Source: an uncultured Gammaproteobacteria bacterium
Lineage (GTDB): Bacteria; Pseudomonadota; Gammaproteobacteria; UBA9214
Assembly (NCBI GenBank): GCA_963748215.1
Contig: CAVVHS010000009.1
Location: 96,001 to 160,000 of the forward strand
Direction of reading: 5' to 3'
DNA: 64,000 nt
Shown here: one piece after another, positions 1 through 9,955 of the stretch
Layout of the letters: the number at the start of each line of letters is the position of its first letter
How positions within the stretch are numbered: the first letter of the stretch is position 1
Notes under the pieces: generated by a model
Database searches by the model: none
What the model was told of the DNA's origin: nothing
What the model saw: the letters and a program-made list of their open reading frames with translations, nothing else
Program-made: the position numbers and the translations under genes

Positions 1-33
1 AACAATGCGTCATGAACAGGGAAGGTAGTAACG

Positions 34-1662
34 ATGGCACTGGTTAATCCTGAAAATATCGCGGCCCAGGCGAAGGGCTTCAATGCATTGCCCGTGCTGC
101 GGCAGATTGGCCTGATGATCGGACTGGCGGGGAGTGTGGCGCTGGGTGTCGCGGTGGTGCTCTGGTCGCGTACGCCGGACTACAGCATGCTGTACGGGCG
201 CCTGTCGGACGTCGAGGCGGCGCAGGTGGCGGCCTCGCTGGACAGCGCTGCCATCCCCTACCGGATAGAACACGGTTCCGGCGCCATCACCGTGCCGGCC
301 GACAAGGTCCATGAGGCGCGGCTGAAGCTTGCCACGCGCGGACTGCCGCGCGGCGATGGCACCGGATTCGAATTGCTGGACGAAAAGCAGGGCTTCGGCA
401 CCAGCCAGTTCATGGAGCAGGCACGCTACAATCGCGCCATGGAGGGTGAGCTGGCGCGTTCCATCTCCACCCTGCAGAGTGTGGAGAGCGCACGCGTGCA
501 CCTTGCGATCCCCAAGCGATCGGTATTCGTGCGCGATCGCAACAAGCCACAGGCGTCGGTGGTACTGAAACTGTTTGCCGGTGCGCGTCTCGATGACGAA
601 CGCCTGGCCGGCATCGTGCACCTGGTGGCAGCCAGCGTGGAAGGCCTGGCGGCGGAGGATGTCACCGTGGTCGACCAGAACGGCCGCCTGCTGACCGCCA
701 ATAACAGCGCGCACGGTATGGCCGCCAGCGCAGGCCAGCTGGCCTATTCTCGCAAGCTGGAGCAGGAATATATCAAGCGCATCGAGGACATCCTGATCCC
801 GATCGTCGGCGCGGACGGCGTACGTGCGCAGGTCGTGGCGGATATCGATTTCACCAGTGTGGAAAGCACGACGGAAAGTTACCAGCCGGACGACCGGGCA
901 GTGCGCAGCGAGGAGACCTTAGAGGAGAGCAGCACAACCGGTATGGCGAGCGGTGTGCCCGGCGCGCTGACCAACCAGCCGCCACCGGCAGGGACGCTCG
1001 ACGGTGATGCCGTCGAAGGTGATCGGCCAGGTCCGGTGAACAGCACGCGCCGGGCCACGCGCAACTACGAACTGGACCGCAGTATCAGTCACACCCGTAA
1101 CCAGCCGGGCGCGGTCAAGCAACTGTCCGTCGCCGTACTGGTCGACTATCGCACGCAAGCCGACGACAAGGGCAAGACCGTGCGCGTGCCGATGGATGAA
1201 GAAGAAATTGCCCGCATTACCGGTCTGGTCAAGGAGGCGGTCGGCTTCAGCGAAGAGCGCAACGACAGCATCAATGTCAGCAACATCCCGTTCCGTACAG
1301 TCGATGAGGTCAGCGAGGCATTTCCGGTAACGCCGGTCTGGCAGCAGCCGTGGGTCGGTGGCGTTGTCAAGCAGGTGATCGGCGCCGTGTTCGTGCTGTT
1401 CCTGCTGTTCGGCGTGTTGCGCCCGGTACTGCGCAGCCTGGCGCTGCGACCGCAGCCTGCGGCTGCCGGGGGTGCGCAGGGCACATTGCCGCCGGGCTCG
1501 GCCGGCACTGCGCAGGCGCTGGGCGAGGACCGCCTGAGCCTGTCCGGGCAGGAGGCGCCGGTATCGCCGGAGCAGCAGTTCGGCATGGCGCGCTCCATGA
1601 TTGATAACGATCCGCGCCGGGTTGCCGGTGTCGTCAAGGACTGGGTGGCCACGGATGGCTGA
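34..1662 (+). CDS. fliF: Flagellar MS-ring protein FliF
   Basis: 542 aa; two TM segments; GFELLD..FGTSQF and ARVHLAIPKRSVFVR motifs; first gene of fliFGHIJ. Confidence 0.97.
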   Translation: MALVNPENIAAQAKGFNALPVLRQIGLMIGLAGSVALGVAVVLWSRTPDYSMLYGRLSDVEAAQVAASLDSAAIPYRIEHGSGAITVPADKVHEARLKLATRGLPRGDGTGFELLDEKQGFGTSQFMEQARYNRAMEGELARSISTLQSVESARVHLAIPKRSVFVRDRNKPQASVVLKLFAGARLDDERLAGIVHLVAASVEGLAAEDVTVVDQNGRLLTANNSAHGMAASAGQLAYSRKLEQEYIKRIEDILIPIVGADGVRAQVVADIDFTSVESTTESYQPDDRAVRSEETLEESSTTGMASGVPGALTNQPPPAGTLDGDAVEGDRPGPVNSTRRATRNYELDRSISHTRNQPGAVKQLSVAVLVDYRTQADDKGKTVRVPMDEEEIARITGLVKEAVGFSEERNDSINVSNIPFRTVDEVSEAFPVTPVWQQPWVGGVVKQVIGAVFVLFLLFGVLRPVLRSLALRPQPAAAGGAQGTLPPGSAGTAQALGEDRLSLSGQEAPVSPEQQFGMARSMIDNDPRRVAGVVKDWVATDG

Positions 1663-2665
1663 CAGGGAACAGTCCCTCAGTGGCACCCAGCGTGCCGCGG
1701 TACTGCTCATGAGTCTGGGCGAGAAGCACGCCGCTAGCATCCTCCGGCATATGGACCCGCGTGAGGTGCACAAGGTGGGTACGGCCATGTCCTCGCTGGG
1801 CAATATCAGCAGCGAGCAGATCGAGAAGGTAGTGCAGGAGTTTCTGCAATCGGCCCAGGGCAGGAGTTCAATGAGTGTTGGCACGGACGAATACGTCTCC
1901 AAGGTGCTGCACCAGGCGCTAGGTGCCGAGCGTGCCGAGGGCATGATCAACCGGGTGCTGGAGGGCCGCAATGCCAAGGGCCTGGAGACCCTGAAATGGA
2001 TGGGACCGGAGACTATCGTCGAGGTGGTGCGTGACGAGCATCCGCAGATTATATCCATCGTGTTGTCACAGCTGGACGCCGATCAGGCCGCCAGCGTGCT
2101 GTCCGGGCTCGATGACGATGTACGCACAGACGTGCTGCTGCGCGTGGCGCGCATGGAGGAAATTCATCCGGCGGCACTGGAAGAACTCGACCGTGTGCTG
2201 GCCAAGCAGGTCGGCGAGCGCAGCGTCGTCAAGTCGCCGCGCATTGGCGGTTCAAAAAAGGTCGCGGACATACTGAACTGTCTCGATACCAGCGAGGAGA
2301 GTGCGCTGACCAAGCGCCTCGTCGAGCTGGATGAATTGCTGGGACAGGAAATCCAGGAACTGATGTTCGTCTTCGACAACCTGAAGGATATCGACGGACG
2401 CGGTATCCAGGCGCTGCTGCGTGAAGTTTCCGGCGACACGCTGGTGACCGCGCTCAAGGGCGCGGACGATATTCTCAAGGAAAAGATTTTCTCGAACATG
2501 TCCAAGCGTGCCGCGGAGATGATGCGCGACGACATGGAGACCAAGGGTCCGGTGAAGCTGAGCGATGTCAAGGCGGCGCAGAAGGAAATCCTGCAGGTCG
2601 CGCAGCGCATGATCGAGGCGGGCGAGATCATGATCGGCGGCAAGGGTGGAGAGGAATATGTCTGA
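1655..2665 (+). CDS. fliG: Flagellar motor switch protein FliG
   Basis: EHPQII, MFVFDNL and NMSKRAAEM motifs; start moved to ATG 1655 overlapping the fliF stop. Confidence 0.97.
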   Translation: MADREQSLSGTQRAAVLLMSLGEKHAASILRHMDPREVHKVGTAMSSLGNISSEQIEKVVQEFLQSAQGRSSMSVGTDEYVSKVLHQALGAERAEGMINRVLEGRNAKGLETLKWMGPETIVEVVRDEHPQIISIVLSQLDADQAASVLSGLDDDVRTDVLLRVARMEEIHPAALEELDRVLAKQVGERSVVKSPRIGGSKKVADILNCLDTSEESALTKRLVELDELLGQEIQELMFVFDNLKDIDGRGIQALLREVSGDTLVTALKGADDILKEKIFSNMSKRAAEMMRDDMETKGPVKLSDVKAAQKEILQVAQRMIEAGEIMIGGKGGEEYV

Positions 2666-3251
2666 CGCACCGGGTGCAGCGGACCGCAATGCCTGCCGGC
2701 GCTGGGATGTGCCGCAGCTCGACGACGGCGGCCCGTACGGGGCTGGCATGGATGCCGGCCAGCAGGCCCGGGAAAAAGGTTTCGAGCAGGGTCGCCAGGA
2801 AGGTCTGGACGCTGGTCGCGAGCAGGTGCTTGCACAGCTCGCCCTCCTGCAGCGGCTCATGCAGACGCTGGCAACACCACTGGCGGAGCTCGACGAGCAG
2901 GTCGAGAAGGAACTCGTGGCACTGGCCATGACCGTCGCCAGGCAGGTGGTCTACCGCGAGCTGCTGACGGATCCTGAACTGGTGCTCGGCGCGGTCAGGA
3001 AGGCGCTGGGCGTTCTGCCGGCAGGATTGCACGATGTCCGCGTGCACCTGCACCCGGAGGATGCACGGCTGGTCCGCGACCTGCTGCCAGCGGGCGAGGC
3101 GGAAGCCGGCTGGCAGATTGTCGAGGACAGCGTGCATGAGCGCGGTGATTGTCGCGTTTCGACACAGAACTCGCAGGTCGATGCCACGACGGAGGCACGC
3201 CTGGTGCGTGCGGTCGCCGCGGTGCTGGGCGAATCCGGAGAGAATGTATGA
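2658..3251 (+). CDS. fliH: Flagellar assembly protein FliH
   Basis: GxxxG repeats ([13 protein letters not shown]), VHLHPED, RGDCRV; between fliG and fliI. Confidence 0.93.
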   Translation: MSDAPGAADRNACRRWDVPQLDDGGPYGAGMDAGQQAREKGFEQGRQEGLDAGREQVLAQLALLQRLMQTLATPLAELDEQVEKELVALAMTVARQVVYRELLTDPELVLGAVRKALGVLPAGLHDVRVHLHPEDARLVRDLLPAGEAEAGWQIVEDSVHERGDCRVSTQNSQVDATTEARLVRAVAAVLGESGENV

Positions 3252-4651
3252 ACGGGGGAGAGCAATTGCCGCAGGCGCAGCGCAGCGCCATCTGGCTGCA
3301 GCGGCTGCAACCTTACCGCGCACGGGCGGCCAGGCCGGTAGTGTTGCCGGTCGAGGGCCGCCTGACGCGCATGGTGGGCCTGACCCTGGAGGCGGTGGGT
3401 TGCCAGGTGCCGGTTGGCGCGCGTTGTGATGTGCTGGCGGCAAGCGGCGAGAGCATCGAAGCCGAAGTGGTGGGTTTCTCGGGCGAGAATACCTACCTCA
3501 TGCCGACCGGTGATGTCCACGGCCTGACACCGGGTGCACGCGTGGTACCAGCCGCACAGGGTTCCGGTGCACTGGTTGGCGACGGTCTGCTGGGCCGGGT
3601 GATCGATGCCTCCGGCCGTCCGCTGGACGGCAAGGGGCCGATCGTCGCGGATGACCGCGTGCCGTTGACCGGCCGTGCCATCAATCCGCTGGCACGGCAA
3701 CCGATCACCCAGCCACTCGATGTCGGTGTCCGCTCGATCAATGCCCTGCTCAGTGTCGGCCGCGGTCAGCGTATGGGCCTGTTTGCCGGCAGCGGTGTCG
3801 GCAAGAGCGTATTGCTGGGCATGATGACGCGCTTTACCGAAGCGGACGTGGTTGTGGTCGGGCTTATCGGTGAGCGTGGCCGCGAGGTCAAGGAATTCGT
3901 GCAGAATATTCTCGGCAGCGACGGCATGTCCCGCGCCGTGGTGGTGGCGGCGCCTGCCGACCAGCCGCCACTGATGCGCATGCACGGTGCCTGGCTGACC
4001 ACCGCGATTGCCGAATATTTCCGTGACCGCGGCCAGAATGTACTGCTGCTGATGGATTCGCTGAGCCGTTTCTCGCAGGCGCAGCGCGAGATCGGTCTGG
4101 CCATCGGGGAGCCGCCGGCCACCAAGGGCTATCCACCATCGGTGTTCGCCAAGCTTGCGCAGCTGGTGGAGCGGGCCGGCAATGGCGACACGGGCGGCGG
4201 TTCGATCACAGCCTTTTACACCGTGCTGGCCGAAGGTGACGATCACAACGATCCGGTTGCCGATGCCGCGCGCGCCACGCTGGACGGACACCTGGTGCTG
4301 TCACGCGAGATCGCGGAGTCCGGGCTTTATCCGGCCATTGATATCGAGGCATCCATCAGCCGCATCATGCACGACATCGCTGCGCCCGGTCACCTGCAGG
4401 CCGCGCAGCGCTTCCGGCAGCTGTTTTCAGCCTATCGGCAGAATCGCGATCTCATCGCCGTGGGCGCCTACCAGAGCGGAAGCGATCCGCGCATCGATGA
4501 GGCAATTGCCTGCTATCCACGGCTGCGCGAGTTCCTGCAGCAGCATAACCGGCAGGCCGTGACGCTGGGCGAGAGCCTGCGGCAACTCGAGACATTGCTG
4601 ACGCCCGCGCCGGGCGCATTCAAGCCTGCGGGCAGGGAGAAGACCAAATGA
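3248..4651 (+). CDS. fliI: Flagellar export ATPase FliI
   Basis: Walker [12 protein letters not shown], Walker [19 protein letters not shown]. Confidence 0.97.
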   Translation: MNGGEQLPQAQRSAIWLQRLQPYRARAARPVVLPVEGRLTRMVGLTLEAVGCQVPVGARCDVLAASGESIEAEVVGFSGENTYLMPTGDVHGLTPGARVVPAAQGSGALVGDGLLGRVIDASGRPLDGKGPIVADDRVPLTGRAINPLARQPITQPLDVGVRSINALLSVGRGQRMGLFAGSGVGKSVLLGMMTRFTEADVVVVGLIGERGREVKEFVQNILGSDGMSRAVVVAAPADQPPLMRMHGAWLTTAIAEYFRDRGQNVLLLMDSLSRFSQAQREIGLAIGEPPATKGYPPSVFAKLAQLVERAGNGDTGGGSITAFYTVLAEGDDHNDPVADAARATLDGHLVLSREIAESGLYPAIDIEASISRIMHDIAAPGHLQAAQRFRQLFSAYRQNRDLIAVGAYQSGSDPRIDEAIACYPRLREFLQQHNRQAVTLGESLRQLETLLTPAPGAFKPAGREKTK

Positions 4652-5091
4652 AACCGTCACAGCGCATGCAACCGGCACTGGAGCTGGCGCGGGAGCGCCT
4701 GCGCACGGCCGCGTTGCAACTGGCCGATGTGCAGTTCCGCTACGAACAGAAACAGCAAAAGCTCAGGGAGCTGGAAAGCTACCGTGACGAGTACATGCAC
4801 GGCCTGCTGCGCAAGAGCCGCGATGGTCTGCAGATGGTGCAGATGAAAGACTACAACCTGTTTCTGGACCGTCTCAACCAGGCAATCCGGCAGCAGCATC
4901 AGATGCTCGAGGGTATGCGGGTGGAAGTGGAACAATGCGCACAGCAATGGCGTCAGGAGCAGGTACGGGTCGATGCGCTGGACAAGGTGGTGGAGCGCAA
5001 GGTGCAGTCGGAGCGGCGCGAGGCGGATCGGCTGGAACAGCTGGAATGCAACGAGCATGCACGGCGCGGCTGGCGTCAGGAGTTGACCTGA
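4648..5091 (+). CDS. fliJ: Flagellar export protein FliJ
   Basis: 147-aa coiled-coil protein directly after fliI. Confidence 0.9.
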   Translation: MKPSQRMQPALELARERLRTAALQLADVQFRYEQKQQKLRELESYRDEYMHGLLRKSRDGLQMVQMKDYNLFLDRLNQAIRQQHQMLEGMRVEVEQCAQQWRQEQVRVDALDKVVERKVQSERREADRLEQLECNEHARRGWRQELT

Positions 5092-5121
5092 GGGCGCATT
5101 GCACTGCGCATCGGGCCGGTT

Positions 5122-5137
5122 TGGCCCGGATGTTGCA
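5122..5137 (+). promoter_or_regulatory. sigma54 (-24/-12) promoter for fliK
   Basis: TGGCCC-GGATG-TTGCA, GG-N10-GC spacing, ~45 bp before fliK ATG. Confidence 0.65.
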
Positions 5138-5181
5138 TTGCAAAACTGCAGGATACTTTATCTGGAACACGGGATTAGACA

Positions 5182-6459
5182 ATGAGCAAATCCATACAGT
5201 CCATGGAAGCGATAGCCGGCGTGGGGGCGCTGCGCAACAGTGCCGGCAAGCGTGCCGCGCCTGATGAATCAGGCGGATTTCCCCGGTTATTGTCCGCCGG
5301 CCAGGCAGAACACACGGAACACGCGCAGCCGACGGAGGGGCAGACTGTGACGGAGAGCGGCAAGAACCTGCCGGATGAGCAACACCAGGCACCCGCCGGA
5401 GACAGGCCGGACCCGGATATCGAAACAGCATCGGCAGGTGCGCAGGATGCCGCGCCGACGCCGGAGGGACAGCAGCCGGATGCAGCGCTGCAGGTCGAAC
5501 AGCCGCTGGCAGTCGTGTCCGCACAGCCAGTGGAATTGCCCGATGCCGTGACAGCCGGCGCGGCCGTGTCGGCAGACCCGTCTACTGAAATCACGCTGCC
5601 GCCCGGCCAAGTCGCGCATCAGGGCCAGCCAGTGGCAGTTGCGGTCGGCATGCCGGTGGTCGATGCGCTGCCGGTCAGCGCACCGGCCGATGCGCCGCTC
5701 GATGCGGGTACTGCGGATGCCGCGCAGGCCGCTGCCGTAGTGGCGAGCCCGGTCGCGCAGGTCGCGGCCGACCTGCTGCACGCCGGCGGCGAGCCGCCGG
5801 ATACTATACGCAACCGTCCGGGTTTCGATCCGGTCGGTCACGCGGTGCGCGAGGGTGTCATGCAGATGCTGGCCTCCCGGACCGCGCAGGGCGGCGGCGA
5901 TGCGCTGGCCAGTGGCAACAGCGAGCAGCCGGCCACTTACGAACAGACTGCTGCCGCACGCGAAACTGCCACCGGTATCCTGTCATTCGCCGATGCCCTG
6001 CTGGCAACCGGATCGACCACGCCGTCGGCCCGGGTGGCGGTTCCGGTCGGGCAGCCCGGCTGGGGGCGCGCCGTGGGGGAGCAGGTAGTGTGGTTCGTGT
6101 CGCAGAACATCCAGTCAGCCAGCCTGAAGCTCAATCCGCAGCACCTGGGCCCGCTGGAATTGCAGTTGCGCATGGATGGCGACAAGGCGAGCATCGCCTT
6201 TGCCAGCCAGCATGCGGCGGTGCGTGAGGCGCTCGAGTCGTCGTTGCCGCGCCTGCGCGACATGTTGGCCGAACAGGGCCTTAACCTCGTCAACGTCAAT
6301 GTCTCCCAGCATGATGCCGGCAGCCGTCGCGAGCAGGCGTCGGATGGCAATCGCGCGGGCGCGTCCACCCGCACGGCAAGCATGGAAGAACTTCTGCCGG
6401 TAGCGGGTGGCATGCCCGGCGCCATCACCGGGCGCGGACTGGTGGACTACTATGTGTGA
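5182..6459 (+). CDS. fliK: Flagellar hook-length control protein FliK
   Basis: Low-complexity Ala/Pro N-terminal region; C-terminal T3S4 domain (LKLNPQHLGPL...LESSLPRLRDML); ends VDYYV. Confidence 0.93.
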   Translation: MSKSIQSMEAIAGVGALRNSAGKRAAPDESGGFPRLLSAGQAEHTEHAQPTEGQTVTESGKNLPDEQHQAPAGDRPDPDIETASAGAQDAAPTPEGQQPDAALQVEQPLAVVSAQPVELPDAVTAGAAVSADPSTEITLPPGQVAHQGQPVAVAVGMPVVDALPVSAPADAPLDAGTADAAQAAAVVASPVAQVAADLLHAGGEPPDTIRNRPGFDPVGHAVREGVMQMLASRTAQGGGDALASGNSEQPATYEQTAAARETATGILSFADALLATGSTTPSARVAVPVGQPGWGRAVGEQVVWFVSQNIQSASLKLNPQHLGPLELQLRMDGDKASIAFASQHAAVREALESSLPRLRDMLAEQGLNLVNVNVSQHDAGSRREQASDGNRAGASTRTASMEELLPVAGGMPGAITGRGLVDYYV

Positions 6460-6746
6460 ACGGCCGGGCAGCGCAGGCTGCCGCGGCAGACCCTTTGGCT
6501 ATGACCTGGATGCGCGGGCGGGGAACCGGATTTTGCCCTTTGCAGCGCACATCCCCGTGTGCGTCCAGGCCCTGTTTTTCCTGATACCGGCGCGGCTGCC
6601 CTGATGCCCGGCATAGGCGCAATCGCGCGACGGTAATCCGGCGTACCAGGCGCGGTTATCGTCTTGCGGTTGTCAAAATCACGGCCCCACCATCCGCATG
6701 AAATCCTAATGCACTGATAAAAAATGAAAATTTATTGAGCACTTTG

Positions 6747-6762
6747 TGGCATAGCGATTGCA
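6747..6762 (+). promoter_or_regulatory. sigma54 promoter for fliL
   Basis: TGGCAT-AGCGA-TTGCA in AT-rich context, 104 bp upstream of the fliL ATG. Confidence 0.8.
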
Positions 6763-6850
6763 TAACTTTTTATTGTGGCATGACTGGAAGGAGTCCGGTC
6801 CGCGCCACGTCGGTATTCATGGAAGAAACGACATCAAAGCAAGGTAGCTT

Positions 6851-7327
6851 ATGAAGAAGATCATCATCATTGCAGTTGCTGTGCTGCTACTTGCCGTTAT
6901 CGCAGGCGGCGCCGCGTATTTCATGCTGGGAAAGGATCCGGAAACCCAGGCCGGAGCAGTGGCTGTCACGGATCAGGCGGGCGAGGTGAAGGCCGCAATA
7001 CCGGACAAACCACCGATCTATTTCGGGCTCGACCCGGATTTTGTCGTCGCCTTCCAGAATCCCAAAACGGTCCGCTTCCTCAAGGCTTCAATCGAGGTGG
7101 TCGTGTATGACCAGGATGTCATCGACGACCTGAAACTGCATATGCCGGCGGTGCGCGATGCCGTGCTGCTGCTGTTCAGCATGCAGCAGGAAGAAGACCT
7201 GATGAGCATCGAGGGCAAGGAAGCCTTCCGTGCACAGATCCTGGAGAAGATACGCTCGACCCTGGAACGCCTGACCGGCAGTCCCGGTGTCGAGGCGGTC
7301 TACTTCAGCAACTTCGTCATGCAATAA
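6851..7327 (+). CDS. fliL: Flagellar basal body-associated protein FliL
   Basis: N-terminal TM; FVV, HMPAVRD and C-terminal VYFSNFVMQ. Confidence 0.95.
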   Translation: MKKIIIIAVAVLLLAVIAGGAAYFMLGKDPETQAGAVAVTDQAGEVKAAIPDKPPIYFGLDPDFVVAFQNPKTVRFLKASIEVVVYDQDVIDDLKLHMPAVRDAVLLLFSMQQEEDLMSIEGKEAFRAQILEKIRSTLERLTGSPGVEAVYFSNFVMQ

Positions 7328-7486
7328 CGGTATCGGGTCAGTCGAGCCGACGGTGGCACCCGTCGTGTGCAGAGAGTTGCCGCCGGGCCGGGGCGTGGAC
7401 TGCACGGGGCGCGAAGACAGGCAGACGCTGTGCATGCCGGGCCGCAGCACTGTGCCGTATAGCGAGATCTGGCACGGCAGGCGTTG

Positions 7487-8335
7487 TTATGTGGCGCCGA
7501 CGGCCAGCGCCGCCTGCAGGTGACCGGACTGCCGGTTGCCCGCGAACACCTCGTAACCCCGGCGGGCGACGTCTTCCCAGGCGCCGCTCGCGATCATCTC
7601 ACGACAGGTTTCGGCCAGCCGTTCGTACGGTGCCTGGACAATGCCGTCCTGAACGGACGCGAGCGCACTGTCCGCGGGGGACGCCTCCGAGACGACACAG
7701 ACCCGGTTTGCCAGCAGGTAGGAAATGCGCACGATCTCGAATATCTTCGCCGGGTAGTAATGAATGTTCAGCACGATCCTGCTGCGCGCGATCACGGCGT
7801 CACGCTGTTCGCCATAGACCCCGAACAGGGTTTCGACCCTGAGTCCGGTGCTGACCAGCGCTTTCAGGACCTGCAGCCGCCGTTCGTTCATCGAGCCGTA
7901 GAACAGCACGTCGATATCCCTGTCCGGCGCGGGATCGATCCGGCACAGGCGCTCGCTGAAGCCGATCGGACAATGCACGGGATCACGGATGCCCAGTTGC
8001 TCCAGCTGTGCGATGTTGTAGCGGCTGTAGTCCCAGACGCGGTGACGCCGCAGCAGTTTCAGATAGGCGCCGGTCAGCCACTCGGAGCCGGGCGTGATCT
8101 GTTCAAGGTTGTAGAGGATGCTCTTGCCCGGCGCCTTCACTCCCGGCATGCCCGGCAGCAGGTTGGCGCCCAGTACGATGGCCTTGCCATGGATGCGTTC
8201 CCGTGTCGTGACAACGGGGGCATCGATGCCGAGTTCGCGGAATCCGCCCTGCAGGCCGAGGGCGACTTCGCTGAAGGCGCCGGAATGCGCGTAACCCGGG
8301 GGCGTCACTATCCAGATGCAGTAGGCGTCCGGCAT
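7487..8335 (-). CDS. Putative GT-B fold glycosyltransferase
   Basis: DIDVLFYGSMNERR, IARSRIVLNIHYY, FEIVRISYLLAN.VCVVSE resemble the CgeB/Glyco_trans_1_2-like C-terminal domain. Confidence 0.7.
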   Translation of the reverse strand: MPDAYCIWIVTPPGYAHSGAFSEVALGLQGGFRELGIDAPVVTTRERIHGKAIVLGANLLPGMPGVKAPGKSILYNLEQITPGSEWLTGAYLKLLRRHRVWDYSRYNIAQLEQLGIRDPVHCPIGFSERLCRIDPAPDRDIDVLFYGSMNERRLQVLKALVSTGLRVETLFGVYGEQRDAVIARSRIVLNIHYYPAKIFEIVRISYLLANRVCVVSEASPADSALASVQDGIVQAPYERLAETCREMIASGAWEDVARRGYEVFAGNRQSGHLQAALAVGAT

Positions 8336-8346
8336 GGCAGTAGCGG

Positions 8347-9258
8347 CTACGCGGCGCCGTGGCTGGCGAAGTCGTGCAGGTCGTCATAGCCAAGCATCTG
8401 CATGACATCCCGATGCCGGTAGTCGCGATACACTGACAGCAGCCCGGCGCTGTGTGTGAACGCGCAGCGCCGTTCGGGATTCACCTGGCTGATGGCAGAC
8501 TCGAGTTGCCCGGCAGCAGGCGCGAGGCCGGCGAATTCCGCAATCCCTGCCAGCTCGTTTGCCGGGTCGGCGAGGAAATCCTCGTAGCGGATACGCATGG
8601 CCCGGGCGCCGAACTGTCCCTCCAGGGCAAGCGCCTGGCGCGTGTACTCCTCCCACAATGCCAGTCCTTCCTCGAGGTGGAACAGTCGCGGTGACTGTTG
8701 CAGGCGCATGGAGCCGTCCAGCTGTTCGGCCTGCAGCCCTGCCAGCATGGCCTTGTGCCGGGCGAGTATTTCGTGCTCGCGCCGACGCAGGCTGTCTGCG
8801 ACATCCAGCGGATTGCGGCATACGTGCAGCAGTTTCGCGCCCGGGAACAGCCGTGCCCATACCGTTGCCGTGAACGTATTCCTGGGGTCCTTCCAGCCCC
8901 AGGGAATCGTGTTGTCCGGTGCAAACAGCGACAGGAAGCGCGTATCGGGTCCCGTGAAGGCCGCCGCGGAAGGCCCGTTGATGACATTGCCGGTGACGGT
9001 GTGGAAATACCAGGCCAGCTCGTCATTGATGAAACGCATGTTGTAGGTGTTATCCCAGCCGGCCCCTAGCTGTTCGAACATCCACTGGTTCAGGGTCTGG
9101 AAAAACACCGCTTCGTGGTTATGCTCCTTTTCGTGACCGACGAACAGGCCGGCCGACTCCAGCGCGCGGCAGATCAGCGAGGTGCCGGAGCGGTGCATGC
9201 CGCAGATTATCAGGGGTGCCATCGGCCGGTCACTCCGCCGCGTGTCGGTGCCCGTCAC
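8347..9258 (-). CDS. PAPS-dependent sulfotransferase
   Basis: 5'-PSB loop IICGMHRSGTS, WGWKDPR, RNPLDVADSL (3'-PB), IRYEDF. Confidence 0.88.
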   Translation of the reverse strand: MTGTDTRRSDRPMAPLIICGMHRSGTSLICRALESAGLFVGHEKEHNHEAVFFQTLNQWMFEQLGAGWDNTYNMRFINDELAWYFHTVTGNVINGPSAAAFTGPDTRFLSLFAPDNTIPWGWKDPRNTFTATVWARLFPGAKLLHVCRNPLDVADSLRRREHEILARHKAMLAGLQAEQLDGSMRLQQSPRLFHLEEGLALWEEYTRQALALEGQFGARAMRIRYEDFLADPANELAGIAEFAGLAPAAGQLESAISQVNPERRCAFTHSAGLLSVYRDYRHRDVMQMLGYDDLHDFASHGAA

Positions 9259-9950
9259 GCGCCCGCACCGGTACCCGTCCTGTGCGCGGGCTGCCCGCCG
9301 CCGAACACGGTGTCGAGATAGGCGATGTCGCGATCGCTAAGCACCTCCCGGTAGCCGCCGACCTTGCCCTTGCGTACCTTGGGTGCGCCGTTCCTGGGGC
9401 GCAGCCACGGTTCCGGGAAGGCGCCGGACCGTTCGACCTGCTGCATGTTTTCGAAGGACGAGATCCTGGCAGCCTCGCTGACCGCGTCCGCGGTGCAGTC
9501 GAAGCCATAGTAGTCGAGCACGCGCCGCAACACGGCCTCGAAGTCCGCATGACATTCCTCATAGGTGATTTTCAAGGCCAGGTCTTGTGCACACAGCTGA
9601 TCCCACAGTTGCTGAAAGCGCTGCAGGTTGTGCGCACCGAAGTAATCGTCGCGGATGAAGGCCGAGATGTCGCCCTGGTAATTGAAGAAGTCACGGAAAC
9701 GCCCGGTGACCTGGTGGTATAGGCTGACGATGATATCGCGCGGTTCGCGCGCCAGGTAGACCGGCCGACAGGGTGGTGCGTATTGCAGGCGGCGCACCGC
9801 GATATCGAAATCGTGCGCCGGCCGGTTGCCGTCGTTGAATTCGAAACCGTCGTGGTGAAAGGCGATATCGTGACCGTGACCGAGCATGGTCAGGGCGAAC
9901 CGTACCCAGCTGCGCCCGGATTTCGGATAGGAGATGAAATGACAGTGCAT
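9255..9950 (-). CDS. Sulfotransferase (Sulfotransfer_1-like)
   Basis: ISYPKSGRSW, YLAREPRDIIVSLY, SSFENMQ, KVRKGKVGGY; start reassigned to ATG 9950. Confidence 0.88.
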   Translation of the reverse strand: MHCHFISYPKSGRSWVRFALTMLGHGHDIAFHHDGFEFNDGNRPAHDFDIAVRRLQYAPPCRPVYLAREPRDIIVSLYHQVTGRFRDFFNYQGDISAFIRDDYFGAHNLQRFQQLWDQLCAQDLALKITYEECHADFEAVLRRVLDYYGFDCTADAVSEAARISSFENMQQVERSGAFPEPWLRPRNGAPKVRKGKVGGYREVLSDRDIAYLDTVFGGGQPAHRTGTGAGA

Positions 9951-9955
9951 TACGA